Shown here piece after piece: positions 24,072-36,000 of a DNA stretch of 64,000 nucleotides. This stretch comes from Escherichia coli (lineage in GTDB: Bacteria; Pseudomonadota; Gammaproteobacteria; Enterobacterales; Enterobacteriaceae): the NCBI RefSeq assembly GCF_003018255.1, contig NZ_CP027440.1, one strand, 5' to 3'. The notes under the pieces were generated by a model, which searched no databases, was not told where the DNA came from, and saw nothing but the letters and a program-made list of their open reading frames with translations. Position numbers and translations under genes: made by a program. Within the stretch, counting starts at the first letter, position 1. Each line of letters starts with the position of its first letter.

Positions 24072-24548
24072 ATGAGCAGTCCAAATATTCTCTTAACCCG
24101 TATTGATAACCGTCTGGTTCACGGTCAGGTTGGCGTGACCTGGACATCCACCATCGGTGCGAATCTGTTGGTAGTCGTGGATGATGTTGTCGCTAACGAT
24201 GATATTCAACAGAAATTAATGGGTATTACCGCAGAAACCTACGGCTTTGGCATTCGTTTCTTTACTATCGAAAAAACCATTAACGTCATCGGCAAAGCTG
24301 CACCACATCAGAAGATCTTCCTGATTTGCCGTACGCCACAAACGGTACGTAAATTGGTAGAAGGTGGTATTGACCTGAAAGATGTCAACGTCGGCAATAT
24401 GCATTTCTCGGAAGGGAAAAAGCAAATCAGCAGTAAAGTTTATGTCGATGACCAGGATCTCACGGACTTACGTTTTATTAAACAACGTGGCGTGAATGTT
24501 TTCATTCAGGACGTCCCTGGCGATCAAAAAGAACAAATCCCTGACTAA
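24072..24548 (+). CDS. agaB: PTS galactosamine-specific EIIB
   Basis: 158-aa ORF MSSPNILLTRIDNRLVHGQVG. Confidence 0.92.
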   Translation: MSSPNILLTRIDNRLVHGQVGVTWTSTIGANLLVVVDDVVANDDIQQKLMGITAETYGFGIRFFTIEKTINVIGKAAPHQKIFLICRTPQTVRKLVEGGIDLKDVNVGNMHFSEGKKQISSKVYVDDQDLTDLRFIKQRGVNVFIQDVPGDQKEQIPD

Positions 24549-24586
24549 ATCTAAAATCGCCTTAATATTGGTTTGAGGTAATAAAA

Positions 24587-25390
24587 ATGCATGAAATAAC
24601 CCTACTCCAGGGATTATCCCTGGCGGCGTTAGTTTTCTTTCTGGGGATTGATTTTTGGCTGGAAGCCTTATTTTTATTCCGCCCGATAATCGTTTGTACC
24701 CTTACAGGTGCTATTCTCGGTGATATTCAGACTGGCTTAATTACCGGTGGCCTGACAGAGTTGGCTTTCGCCGGATTAACCCCTGCAGGTGGTGTTCAGC
24801 CGCCCAACCCTATTATGGCGGGTCTGATGACCACTGTCATTGCATGGTCTACGGGCGTTGATGCCAAAACGGCAATTGGTCTTGGCCTGCCGTTTAGTTT
24901 GTTAATGCAGTACGTCATTCTGTTCTTCTATTCCGCTTTCTCATTATTTATGACCAAAGCCGATAAATGCGCAAAAGAGGCGGATACGGCAGCGTTTTCC
25001 CGACTTAACTGGACAACGATGCTCATCGTCGCTTCAGCGTATGCGGTGATTGCTTTCCTCTGTACTTACCTGGCACAGGGGGCGATGCAGGCGCTGGTGA
25101 AAGCGATGCCCGCCTGGCTGACCCACGGCTTTGAAGTGGCTGGCGGTATTCTGCCTGCCGTTGGTTTTGGCTTGCTGCTGCGCGTGATGTTCAAAGCGCA
25201 ATATATCCCTTACCTGATCGCCGGTTTCCTGTTTGTTTGCTACATCCAGGTCAGCAACCTGTTGCCGGTTGCCGTGCTGGGCGCAGGCTTTGCGGTGTAT
25301 GAGTTTTTCAATGCGAAATCCCGGCAGCAAGCGCAACCGCAGCCCGTTGCCAGTAAAAATGAAGAAGAGGACTACAGCAATGGGATCTGA
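24587..25390 (+). CDS. agaC: PTS galactosamine-specific EIIC
   Basis: 267-aa membrane ORF; overlaps agaD by 11 nt. Confidence 0.92.
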   Translation: MHEITLLQGLSLAALVFFLGIDFWLEALFLFRPIIVCTLTGAILGDIQTGLITGGLTELAFAGLTPAGGVQPPNPIMAGLMTTVIAWSTGVDAKTAIGLGLPFSLLMQYVILFFYSAFSLFMTKADKCAKEADTAAFSRLNWTTMLIVASAYAVIAFLCTYLAQGAMQALVKAMPAWLTHGFEVAGGILPAVGFGLLLRVMFKAQYIPYLIAGFLFVCYIQVSNLLPVAVLGAGFAVYEFFNAKSRQQAQPQPVASKNEEEDYSNGI

Positions 25391-26171
25391 AATCAGTAAA
25401 AAAGATATCACCCGTCTGGGCTTTCGTTCGTCACTGCTACAAGCAAGCTTTAACTACGAAAGGATGCAGGCGGGCGGTTTTACCTGGGCGATGTTGCCGA
25501 TCCTGAAAAAGATTTATAAGGACGACAAACCGGGCCTAAGCGCGGCGATGAAAGATAACCTCGAATTTATTAATACCCACCCTAATCTGGTCGGATTCCT
25601 GATGGGGTTATTAATTTCGATGGAAGAAAAAGGAGAAAACCGCGACACCATTAAAGGCCTCAAAGTAGCACTGTTTGGCCCAATCGCCGGGATTGGCGAT
25701 GCGATTTTCTGGTTCACTTTGTTGCCGATTATGGCGGGGATTTGCTCATCGTTTGCCAGTCAGGGAAACCTGCTGGGGCCGATTCTATTTTTCGCCGTTT
25801 ACCTGCTTATCTTTTTCCTGCGCGTCGGCTGGACCCACGTCGGTTATTCAGTCGGCGTGAAGGCGATCGATAAAGTGCGAGAGAACTCGCAGATGATTGC
25901 CCGTTCGGCAACCATCCTCGGGATCACAGTAATCGGCGGGCTGATCGCTTCGTATGTGCATATTAACGTGGTGACATCGTTTGCCATCGACAGTACCCAC
26001 AGCGTCGCGCTGCAGCAGGATTTCTTCGATAAAGTCTTCCCGAATATTTTACCGATGGCCTACACCCTGCTGATGTATTACTTCCTGCGGGTAAAAAAAG
26101 CGCATCCGGTGCTGTTAATCGGCGTGACGTTTGTTCTTTCTATTGTTTGTTCTGCATTCGGCATTTTGTAA
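25380..26171 (+). CDS. agaD: PTS galactosamine-specific EIID
   Basis: ORF track 25233..26171; internal ATG at 25380 gives the 263-aa product MGSEISKKDITRLGF. Confidence 0.9.
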   Translation: MGSEISKKDITRLGFRSSLLQASFNYERMQAGGFTWAMLPILKKIYKDDKPGLSAAMKDNLEFINTHPNLVGFLMGLLISMEEKGENRDTIKGLKVALFGPIAGIGDAIFWFTLLPIMAGICSSFASQGNLLGPILFFAVYLLIFFLRVGWTHVGYSVGVKAIDKVRENSQMIARSATILGITVIGGLIASYVHINVVTSFAIDSTHSVALQQDFFDKVFPNILPMAYTLLMYYFLRVKKAHPVLLIGVTFVLSIVCSAFGIL

Positions 26172-26939
26172 ATGGAACGAGGCACCGCGTCTGGCGGTGC
26201 CTCTTTACTTAAGGAATTTCATCCTGTGCAAACCCTTCAACAAGTTGAAAACTATACGGCGTTAAGTGAACGTGCCAGCGAATATTTATTGGCCGTGATC
26301 CGTAGCAAACCGGATGCCGTGATTTGCCTGGCGACCGGAGCCACGCCATTACTGACGTATCATTATCTGGTAGAAAAAATCCACCAGCAGCAGGTTGATG
26401 TCAGCCAGCTCACCTTCGTGAAGCTCGACGAATGGGTGGATCTGCCATTAACGATGCCTGGTACCTGCGAAACTTTCCTGCAACAGCATATCGTGCAGCC
26501 GCTGGGGCTACGTGAAGACCAGCTCATCAGCTTTCGCTCCGAAGAGATAAATGAGACAGAGTGCGAACGGGTAACGAACCTGATTGCGCGCAAAGGCGGT
26601 CTGGATTTATGCGTTCTCGGATTGGGGAAAAACGGTCATCTTGGGCTGAACGAACCGGGAGAAAGCCTGCAACCGGCCTGCCATATCAGTCAACTTGATG
26701 CCAGAACACAGCAACATGAGATGTTAAAAACCGCGGGTCACCCCGTGACTCGTGGGATCACCTTAGGCCTGAAGGATATTCTCAATGCCCGCGAAGTTTT
26801 GTTACTGGTGACTGGCGAAGGAAAGCAGGATGCGACAGAACGTTTTCTCACAGCTAAAGTCTCTACCGCTATCCCGGCTTCATTTTTATGGCTGCATAAC
26901 TATTTCACATGCATGATTGATGAGATGTGTCGTCGTTAA
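26172..26939 (+). CDS. agaI: putative galactosamine-6-phosphate deaminase/isomerase (NagB family)
   Basis: 255-aa ORF starting at the ATG directly after the agaD stop; the annotated K-12 start may lie a few codons away. Confidence 0.85.
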   Translation: MERGTASGGASLLKEFHPVQTLQQVENYTALSERASEYLLAVIRSKPDAVICLATGATPLLTYHYLVEKIHQQQVDVSQLTFVKLDEWVDLPLTMPGTCETFLQQHIVQPLGLREDQLISFRSEEINETECERVTNLIARKGGLDLCVLGLGKNGHLGLNEPGESLQPACHISQLDARTQQHEMLKTAGHPVTRGITLGLKDILNAREVLLLVTGEGKQDATERFLTAKVSTAIPASFLWLHNYFTCMIDEMCRR

Positions 26940-26948
26940 CTCGCCTGC

Positions 26949-26987
26949 TACAGGCGTTGCAACGCTATTCCTGCTGCGACGCCTGTA
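26949..26987. terminator. inverted repeat between convergent agaI and rsmI (probable bidirectional terminator)
   Basis: tacaggcgt ... acgcctgta arms with an internal gcgttgcaacgc palindrome inside a 49-bp spacer. Confidence 0.55.
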
Positions 26988-26988
26988 A

Positions 26989-27852
26989 TCACTCTCCCTG
27001 CTGCTCCAGCGCATACTTATACAGCGCATTTTTCTTCACGCCGTGAATTTCTGCGGCCAGCGCCGCCGCTTTTTTCAGCGGCAGTTCTGCCTGCAACAGC
27101 GCCAGCGTGCGCAGAGCATCGGCGGGTAAGTCTTCTTCCTGTGCTTTATGGCCTTCGACAATCAGCACCATTTCGCCTTTGCGACGGTTTTCATCTTCTT
27201 TGACCCACGCCAGCAGCTCGCCAACGGGCGCGCCGTGAATGGTTTCCCAGGTTTTGGTCAGCTCACGCGCCAGAACCACGTAGCGGGATTCGCCTAATAC
27301 CGCAACGATATCTTCCAGGCTATCTAACAGACGGTGGGTAGATTCATAAAAAATCAGCGTGCGCGGCTCCGCTTCAATAGCTTTTAGCGCATCACGGCGG
27401 CCTTTTGATTTGGCAGGTAAAAAGCCTTCATAACAAAAACGATCGGATGGTAAACCCGCGGCGCTTAACGCAGTGATAGCAGCACACGGCCCTGGTAGCG
27501 GCACCACGCGAATCCCCGCTTCACGACAGGTACGCACCAGATGGTAGCCAGGATCGTTAATTAGCGGCGTTCCGGCATCGGAAACCAGCGCAATGTTTTG
27601 CCCCTCTTGCAGTTTCGCCAGCAGCGTTTCGGCTTTTTGTTGTTCGTTATGGTCGTGCAGCGCAAACAACCGGGCATTAATCCCAAAATGTTGCAGCAAT
27701 AAACCGGTGTGACGCGTATCCTCGGCGGCAATCAGATCAACGGCCTGTAATACCTCTAATGCACGCTGGGTGATATCAGCCAGATTGCCGATTGGCGTCG
27801 GTACAATGTAAAGCTGGCCCTGAGAATTATCCGCCGATTGGTGTTGTTTCAT
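26989..27852 (-). CDS. rsmI: 16S rRNA (cytidine1402-2'-O)-methyltransferase
   Basis: 287-aa [31 protein letters not shown] (tetrapyrrole-methylase fold); divergent from lpoA. Confidence 0.9.
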
Positions 27853-27916
27853 TGTGTCGTCCGTATTGCCGATTTAATATTGAGCATTGCGTAAAAAAAA
27901 TATCACTGGATACATT

Positions 27917-29953
27917 ATGGTACCCTCAACATTTTCTCGTTTGAAAGCCGCGCGTTGTCTGCCTGTTGTTCTGGCAGCCCTGATTTTCGCCGGTTGTGGC
28001 ACCCATACTCCCGATCAGTCCACTGCTTATATGCAGGGCACGGCGCAGGCTGATTCTGCCTTTTACCTGCAACAGATGCAGCAAAGTTCTGATGATACCA
28101 GGATCAACTGGCAATTACTCGCCATTCGTGCACTGGTGAAAGAAGGTAAAACCGGACAGGCGGTGGAGTTGTTTAACCAACTACCGCAAGAACTGAACGA
28201 TTCTCAGCGTCGCGAGAAAACACTGCTGGCGGCAGAGATTAAACTGGCGCAGAAAGATTTTGCTGGCGCGCAAAACTTGCTGGCGAAAATCACACCTGCC
28301 GATTTAGAACAAAACCAGCAAGCCCGTTACTGGCAGGCAAAAATCGATGCCAGCCAGGGGCGTCCTTCCATTGATTTACTGCGCGCGTTAATTGCTCAGG
28401 AACCGCTGCTCGGTGCGAAAGAAAAGCAGCAGAATATTGACGCCACATGGCAGGCGCTCTCCTCCATGACTCAGGAGCAGGCGAATACGCTGGTGATCAA
28501 CGCCGACGAAAATATTCTGCAAGGCTGGCTGGATTTGCAGCGCGTCTGGTTTGATAACCGTAACGATCCTGACATGATGAAAGCTGGGATCGCCGACTGG
28601 CAGAAACGTTATCCGAACAACCCGGGCGCGAAAATGCTACCAACGCAGTTGGTTAACGTAAAAGCGTTTAAACCCGCATCGACCAACAAAATCGCCCTGC
28701 TGTTGCCGCTGAATGGCCAGGCAGCGGTATTTGGTCGCACTATTCAGCAAGGCTTTGAAGCGGCGAAAAATATCGGCACTCAGCCAGTGGCGGCCCAGGT
28801 AGCAGCCGCACCTGCCGCAGACGTAGCAGAACAACCTCAGCCGCAAACCGTGGATGGCGTTGCCAGCCCGGCACAAGCTTCGGTTAGCGAGCTGACCGGT
28901 GAACAGCCTGCGGCCCAGCCGGTACCTGTAAGCGCCCCGGCGACAAGCACCGCAGCGGTAAGCGCACCCGCAAATCCATCCGCAGAGCTGAAAATCTACG
29001 ATACCTCATCACAACCACTTAGCCAGATCTTAAGCCAGGTTCAGCAGGATGGTGCGAGTATTGTGGTCGGTCCGTTGCTGAAAAATAACGTTGAAGAGTT
29101 GCTGAAGAGCAACACCCCGCTGAACGTGCTGGCACTGAACCAGCCGGAGAACATCGAAAACCGCGTCAATATTTGTTACTTCGCGCTTTCACCGGAAGAC
29201 GAAGCGCGCGATGCAGCGCGTCATATTCGTGACCAGGGTAAACAAGCGCCGCTGGTGCTGATCCCACGCAGTTCATTGGGCGACCGCGTAGCCAATGCGT
29301 TTGCGCAAGAGTGGCAGAAACTGGGCGGCGGCACCGTTCTGCAACAAAAATTTGGTTCCACCAGCGAATTACGCGCGGGTGTTAACGGCGGTTCTGGTAT
29401 TGCTTTAACGGGTAGCCCGATTACTCCCAGAGCGACAACCGACTCCGGCATGACGACCAACAATCCAACGCTGCAAACCACGCCAACCGATGACCAGTTC
29501 ACCAATAATGGCGGTCGTGTCGATGCGGTGTACATTGTGGCAACGCCGGGTGAAATCGCTTTTATCAAACCGATGATCGCCATGCGTAACGGTAGCCAGA
29601 GCGGTGCAACGCTGTACGCCAGTTCCCGCAGCGCACAAGGCACCGCAGGCCCGGATTTCCGTCTGGAGATGGAAGGCTTGCAGTATAGCGAAATCCCGAT
29701 GCTGGCAGGCGGTAATCTGCCGTTAATGCAGCAGGCGCTCAGCGCGGTGAACAACGATTATTCGCTGGCTCGCATGTATGCGATGGGCGTCGATGCCTGG
29801 TCGTTGGCAAATCATTTCTCACAAATGCGCCAGGTTCAGGGTTTTGAAATCAACGGTAATACCGGAAGCCTGACGGCAAACCCGGATTGCGTGATTAACA
29901 GGAAGTTATCATGGCTACAGTACCAACAAGGTCAGGTAGTCCCCGCCAGTTAA
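27917..29953 (+). CDS. lpoA: outer-membrane lipoprotein activator of PBP1A
   Basis: ORF track 27887..29953; ATG at 27917 gives [28 protein letters not shown] with lipobox LAGC; TPR N-domain plus Ala/Pro/Gln-rich linker. Confidence 0.9.
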   Translation: MVPSTFSRLKAARCLPVVLAALIFAGCGTHTPDQSTAYMQGTAQADSAFYLQQMQQSSDDTRINWQLLAIRALVKEGKTGQAVELFNQLPQELNDSQRREKTLLAAEIKLAQKDFAGAQNLLAKITPADLEQNQQARYWQAKIDASQGRPSIDLLRALIAQEPLLGAKEKQQNIDATWQALSSMTQEQANTLVINADENILQGWLDLQRVWFDNRNDPDMMKAGIADWQKRYPNNPGAKMLPTQLVNVKAFKPASTNKIALLLPLNGQAAVFGRTIQQGFEAAKNIGTQPVAAQVAAAPAADVAEQPQPQTVDGVASPAQASVSELTGEQPAAQPVPVSAPATSTAAVSAPANPSAELKIYDTSSQPLSQILSQVQQDGASIVVGPLLKNNVEELLKSNTPLNVLALNQPENIENRVNICYFALSPEDEARDAARHIRDQGKQAPLVLIPRSSLGDRVANAFAQEWQKLGGGTVLQQKFGSTSELRAGVNGGSGIALTGSPITPRATTDSGMTTNNPTLQTTPTDDQFTNNGGRVDAVYIVATPGEIAFIKPMIAMRNGSQSGATLYASSRSAQGTAGPDFRLEMEGLQYSEIPMLAGGNLPLMQQALSAVNNDYSLARMYAMGVDAWSLANHFSQMRQVQGFEINGNTGSLTANPDCVINRKLSWLQYQQGQVVPAS

Positions 29954-30306
29954 CCACCAAACAGACCGGCGATGCGTGGGAAGCACAAGCGCGTCGCTGG
30001 CTGGAAGGCAAAGGACTACGGTTTATCGCCGCTAACGTGAACGAGCGTGGCGGCGAGATCGATCTGATAATGCGTGAAGGCCGGACCACCATTTTTATCG
30101 AGGTGCGTTACCGCCGCTCTGCGCTTTATGGCGGCGCGGCAGCCAGTGTGACCCGCAGCAAACAACACAAATTATTACAGACTGCCCGCTTGTGGCTCGC
30201 GCGTCATAATGGGAGTTTTGATACTGTGGATTGCCGGTTCGATGTGGTAGCCTTCACCGGGAATGAGGTTGAGTGGATTAAGGATGCCTTTAATGACCAC
30301 TCATAA
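29911..30306 (+). CDS. yraN: UPF0102 family protein
   Basis: 131-aa ORF overlapping the lpoA 3' end by 43 nt. Confidence 0.85.
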   Translation: MATVPTRSGSPRQLTTKQTGDAWEAQARRWLEGKGLRFIAANVNERGGEIDLIMREGRTTIFIEVRYRRSALYGGAAASVTRSKQHKLLQTARLWLARHNGSFDTVDCRFDVVAFTGNEVEWIKDAFNDHS

Positions 30307-30325
30307 TTAAGGTTTAAGGATTAGC

Positions 30326-30916
30326 GTGCAAGAAAGAATTAAAGCTTGCTTCACTGAAAGCATTCAAACTCAAATTGCGGCGGCAGAGGCGCTTCCGGAT
30401 GCCATCTCGCGTGCAGCTATGACGCTGGTTCAGTCTCTGCTCAATGGCAACAAAATCCTCTGTTGTGGTAATGGAACTTCCGCTGCCAATGCACAGCATT
30501 TTGCTGCCAGCATGATCAACCGTTTCGAAACGGAGCGGCCCAGCTTACCTGCCATTGCACTAAATACTGATAATGTTGTCTTAACGGCGATTGCCAACGA
30601 TCGCTTACATGATGAAGTGTATGCAAAACAGGTGCGGGCGCTGGGTCATGCGGGAGATGTATTGTTAGCCATTTCCACCCGTGGCAACAGCCGCGATATT
30701 GTAAAAGCGGTAGAAGCTGCCGTTACGCGTGATATGACCATTGTGGCATTAACCGGCTATGACGGCGGTGAACTTGCAGGTTTGTTAGGGCCACAGGATG
30801 TGGAGATCCGCATTCCTTCGCATCGTAGTGCTCGCATTCAGGAAATGCATATGCTGACGGTAAATTGCCTGTGCGATCTGATCGATAACACGCTTTTCCC
30901 TCACCAGGATGTTTAA
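30326..30916 (+). CDS. diaA: DnaA initiator-associating protein (SIS domain)
   Basis: 196-aa [30 protein letters not shown]. Confidence 0.9.
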
Positions 30917-30925
30917 GGAGAATAC

Positions 30926-31501
30926 ATGAAGGCATTATCGCCAATCGCAGTCCTTCTTTCCGCGCTGCTGTTGCAAGGTTGTGTTGCCGCTGCCGTAGTG
31001 GGTACCGCTGCTGTAGGTACCAAAGCCGCAACTGACCCACGCAGTGTCGGCACCCAGGTGGACGATGGTACCCTGGAAGTGCGCGTGAACAGCGCATTGT
31101 CGAAAGACGAACAAATTAAGAAAGAAGCGCGCATTAATGTCACGGCCTATCAGGGCAAAGTGCTGCTGGTTGGGCAGTCACCAAACGCTGAACTTTCGGC
31201 TCGCGCCAAACAGATTGCTATGGGCGTAGACGGTGCCAACGAAGTGTATAACGAGATTCGTCAGGGCCAGCCGATTGGTCTGGGCGAAGCGTCTAACGAT
31301 ACGTGGATCACCACCAAAGTACGTTCGCAGCTGTTAACCAGCGACCTGGTGAAATCGTCCAACGTGAAAGTGACCACCGAAAACGGTGAAGTGTTCCTGA
31401 TGGGGCTGGTGACTGAACGTGAAGCGAAAGCGGCGGCAGATATTGCCAGCCGGGTAAGCGGCGTGAAGCGGGTAACTACGGCGTTTACGTTTATTAAATA
31501 G
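30926..31501 (+). CDS. dolP: BON-domain outer-membrane lipoprotein
   Basis: 191-aa ORF with signal peptide and lipobox LLQGC. Confidence 0.9.
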   Translation: MKALSPIAVLLSALLLQGCVAAAVVGTAAVGTKAATDPRSVGTQVDDGTLEVRVNSALSKDEQIKKEARINVTAYQGKVLLVGQSPNAELSARAKQIAMGVDGANEVYNEIRQGQPIGLGEASNDTWITTKVRSQLLTSDLVKSSNVKVTTENGEVFLMGLVTEREAKAAADIASRVSGVKRVTTAFTFIK

Positions 31502-31510
31502 CAGCCCTTG

Positions 31511-31601
31511 TAATGCCTGATGCGACGCTTGCAGCGTCTTATCAGGCCTACAACGATGCAAACCGTAGGTCGGATAAGGCGTTTACGCCGCATCCGACAT
31601 G
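31511..31601. repeat. REP/BIME element
   Basis: gcctgatgcgacgcttgcagcgtcttatcaggcctac ... ggtcggataaggcgtttacgccgcatccgaca. Confidence 0.8.
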
Positions 31602-31613
31602 TTTTCCCTCAAA

Positions 31614-32654
31614 TCAAACCAACAGCGCCAGCCCGCCGACAATCACACCAGACACTGCCACCATCGCCCCCGTCAGCCATAAGGCTTTCGCCGGGAACGC
31701 TTTGCGCAGCATAATCAGTGACGGCAAACTCACCGCCGGGAGCGTCATCAACAATGCCAGCGCCGGAGCAGTTCCCATACCTGCCAGCATCATCGTTTGT
31801 ACAATCGGAATTTCTGCTGCCGTGGGAATGACAAACAAGCATCCCGCTACCGCCATCGCCACCACCCACATCAGGCTGTTATCGACAGCACCATCGGCAT
31901 GGGGGAATAACCAGACGCGAGCGGCACCCAACACCAGTACTGCAAGGATGTAAACCGGGATCGTACTCCAGAAAAGCGTCCATAGCGCCCTGCCCCAGCG
32001 GCTAAAAAATCCTCCCTGTGCTTCCGGTATGTCAATTTCGACCGGTGCCTGCGTTTGCGGTGTTTCACGCACCCATTTTTGCACCAGCGTCGCAATCAGC
32101 AACACCATCACCAGCCCCGCCACCAGACGAATCGCCGCAAAATCCCAGCCGAGGACGAACCCCATAAACACCAGCGTCGCCGGGTTTAACAACGGATTCC
32201 CCATCCAGAATGCCAGCGCACCGCCCATCGACACCTGTTGGCGACGCATTCCCGCCGCGACCGGAGCCGCACAGCAGGTACACATCATGCCCGGCAGCGA
32301 AAACAGCGTTCCCAGCAGCGTGCCGCGAAAGCGCGATTGCCCAAGCGTACGCAATAACCAGTCACGCGGGATCAGCACCTGAATCAACGACCCGAGCAGT
32401 ACGCCCAGCACCGCCGCTTTCCATACCGCGAGGAAATAGATCATCGCGTAATCCAACGCCGCCTGCCACGGATTAGCATCCGCCTGCGCAAGGATAGATT
32501 TACCGATACTGTGGGTTTCGGCAGCAGTAAACGCTTTGCCGTAGTAAGGTTGCCATTTCACATACCAGAGACCAGCAATGACAACGAGAAAGAAAAGCGC
32601 GGGTTTCCACCACTGAATGGGCGTTGCCGCCTGAGATGAAGACTGACCAGTCAT
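31614..32654 (-). CDS. yraQ: putative permease
   Basis: 346-aa polytopic membrane ORF. Confidence 0.85.
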   Translation of the reverse strand: MTGQSSSQAATPIQWWKPALFFLVVIAGLWYVKWQPYYGKAFTAAETHSIGKSILAQADANPWQAALDYAMIYFLAVWKAAVLGVLLGSLIQVLIPRDWLLRTLGQSRFRGTLLGTLFSLPGMMCTCCAAPVAAGMRRQQVSMGGALAFWMGNPLLNPATLVFMGFVLGWDFAAIRLVAGLVMVLLIATLVQKWVRETPQTQAPVEIDIPEAQGGFFSRWGRALWTLFWSTIPVYILAVLVLGAARVWLFPHADGAVDNSLMWVVAMAVAGCLFVIPTAAEIPIVQTMMLAGMGTAPALALLMTLPAVSLPSLIMLRKAFPAKALWLTGAMVAVSGVIVGGLALLV

Positions 32655-32726
32655 AGCATTCCCCAGGAATAAGTTATGATAATTGAGCGCGTGAATATTA
32701 CGCTCACTATCAATTCTTGGGAATAA

Positions 32727-33476
<750 letters not shown>

Positions 33477-33477
33477 T

Positions 33478-33987
<510 letters not shown>

Positions 33988-34008
<21 letters not shown>

Positions 34009-34431
34009 GTTACGTAGCCAGATCATTTTTTTACCAAAGCCCAGCGTGTTGTCGGTGAATTTGATTTCATCAAGCCGGATTTCCCACACCGGGGCCGACA
34101 GCATTCTGGCAACCGGAAAGCGACGATTGTACGCCTGGCGCGCAAGGTCGCTTTCCTCACCTTCAAGCCTGCGGATCTCGCCTTTAAATTGCACGCCGCG
34201 AATTAACGCTACCGTTTTCGGCTGACCGTTTACCGTTCCGGCAACTGCCGCCTGCGGCCCACTCATCTGCGCGTGGCGCGTTTTTTCTTCCGTCAAAATG
34301 TAGAAGGCAACTTTCTGCGCATCAAAAAGATAAAAGGCATTAGCGCACCAGAGTTCCCCTTCCTGCTGCACACACCAGGTGACAACATGTTGTTTTGCCA
34401 GCCAACGGCTGATGGCGGTGAGTGTTTCCAT
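33988..34431 (-). CDS. yhbP: UPF0306 protein
   Basis: 147-aa ORF; 3' end overlaps yhbO convergently. Confidence 0.85.
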
Positions 34432-34481
34432 TGCTGTTCTCTTTTATACTGTGGGCCTGACCTTAACATGCGACGCAGACG

Positions 34482-34784
34482 ATGACACCCTGGTTTCTTT
34501 ACTTGATCCGTACCGCCGACGATAAGCTTTATACCGGGATCACCACAGATGTCGAACGCCGCTATCAGCAGCACCAAAGCGGCAAAGGGGCGAAAGCACT
34601 GCGCGGGAAAGGAGAACTAACGCTGGCGTTTTCCGCGCCAGTGGGCGATCGTTCGCTGGCACTACGGGCGGAATATCGCGTTAAGCAACTGACCAAACGG
34701 CAAAAAGAGCGTCTGGTAGCGGAAGGCGCAGGGTTTGCAGAACTGTTGAGCAGCCTGCAAACCCCAAAGATTAAAAGCGATTGA
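34482..34784 (+). CDS. yhbQ: GIY-YIG domain nuclease
   Basis: 100-aa ORF with [16 protein letters not shown] (GIY-YIG-like). Confidence 0.85.
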   Translation: MTPWFLYLIRTADDKLYTGITTDVERRYQQHQSGKGAKALRGKGELTLAFSAPVGDRSLALRAEYRVKQLTKRQKERLVAEGAGFAELLSSLQTPKIKSD

Positions 34785-35274
34785 AGTGCTCGTGATACTC
34801 AACCAGACCAGTTACACCGTTCAGCGCGTCATCCGCTAAACGATGTACCTGGAAGGCACTTTCAGTGCCCGGCCAGCGGCAACGCAGATCGTGATGTGCC
34901 GCCAGTTCAAAGCCGAAACGGCTGTACAGCGCCGGATCGCCCAGCGTCACCACTGCGGCATAGCCGAACTCATTAAGCGAATCGAGTCCTTCATAGACCA
35001 GTTGGCGTGCCAGCCCCTGTCCACGGTATTTTTCATCTACCGCCAGCGGTGCCATGCCGACCCATTGCAGGTCTTCGCCCTGCACATCAACCGGACTAAA
35101 TGCCACATAGCCAATGACCTGACCTTCGTCATCTGTCGCCACCAGCCCCAGCGTCAGAAAGCCATCTTCACGCAGATCGTGAACCAGCTTCGCTTCCGCA
35201 TCACTTTCGAATGAACGACGCAGCAGGGCATCAATACCCGGCGCATCAATGGGAATTTCTACTCGAATTAGCAT
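34771..35274 (-). CDS. yhbS: GNAT-family N-acetyltransferase
   Basis: 167-aa ORF; 3' end overlaps yhbQ convergently. Confidence 0.85.
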   Translation of the reverse strand: MLIRVEIPIDAPGIDALLRRSFESDAEAKLVHDLREDGFLTLGLVATDDEGQVIGYVAFSPVDVQGEDLQWVGMAPLAVDEKYRGQGLARQLVYEGLDSLNEFGYAAVVTLGDPALYSRFGFELAAHHDLRCRWPGTESAFQVHRLADDALNGVTGLVEYHEHFNRF

Positions 35275-35792
35275 GGTTCACCTACCGATGTCTGTTTGGT
35301 TTCAGGCGCGGTTTTCATTCCCGCCTCAACAAAATCCGCCAGTTGCAGCAGCATCATGCGTAAGGCTTTCGGCATTTGCTCCAGTTCAATGGCGTCCATC
35401 AGGTTTTTCACATACAGCCCCAGCTCCGTATCGCCTTCAATTACCAGCCGACGCTGGAAGAAGAGCGTATCCGGATCTTGTTTACGCGCCGCAATCATCA
35501 GCAGATCGCTGGCGTCGGCACTAAAACTCACATCAGCTTGCGCGTTCTGGCTAACGACCAGTTTGCCATTCACCACCGAGGTAAACCATTGCAGGTCAAT
35601 ATCACGCACATGAATACTTAACCAGCGGCCTTCAAGAAACTCCAGCTCGCCATCATCCAACGCCTGGCGGAATTGCCAGCTTAAGACCTGCTCAAGAACC
35701 TGGCGTTTTAGCGCAAATGGCGTCAGTTTTACCGGTACACTCAACAGAGATGGCCCCAAATGCACAATACGGGAACGCAGTTTATCCAACAC
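35268..35792 (-). CDS. ubiT: SCP2-domain lipid-binding protein for O2-independent ubiquinone synthesis
   Basis: ORF track 35268..35816; GTG at 35792 gives the 174-aa product M-LDKLRSRIVHLGPSLL (yhbT). Confidence 0.8.
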   Translation of the reverse strand: MLDKLRSRIVHLGPSLLSVPVKLTPFALKRQVLEQVLSWQFRQALDDGELEFLEGRWLSIHVRDIDLQWFTSVVNGKLVVSQNAQADVSFSADASDLLMIAARKQDPDTLFFQRRLVIEGDTELGLYVKNLMDAIELEQMPKALRMMLLQLADFVEAGMKTAPETKQTSVGEPC

Positions 35793-36000
35793 GAGTTTTA
35801 CTCCCTGTTTCAACAATCATCCTATTTTGCCATATCAGAAAAATAACATAGCGGTATAAATCAACAATTCCATATGAAATTGCTGCTACCACCAATACAA
35901 CTTTAACTGCCTTAAATCAAAAATTGTCGCAGCAAGGTTAACTAAAATCCCAGTTCGTTAACATTTTTGCGCTTTGATAGCGCAACCTTCAGGAAAAATT

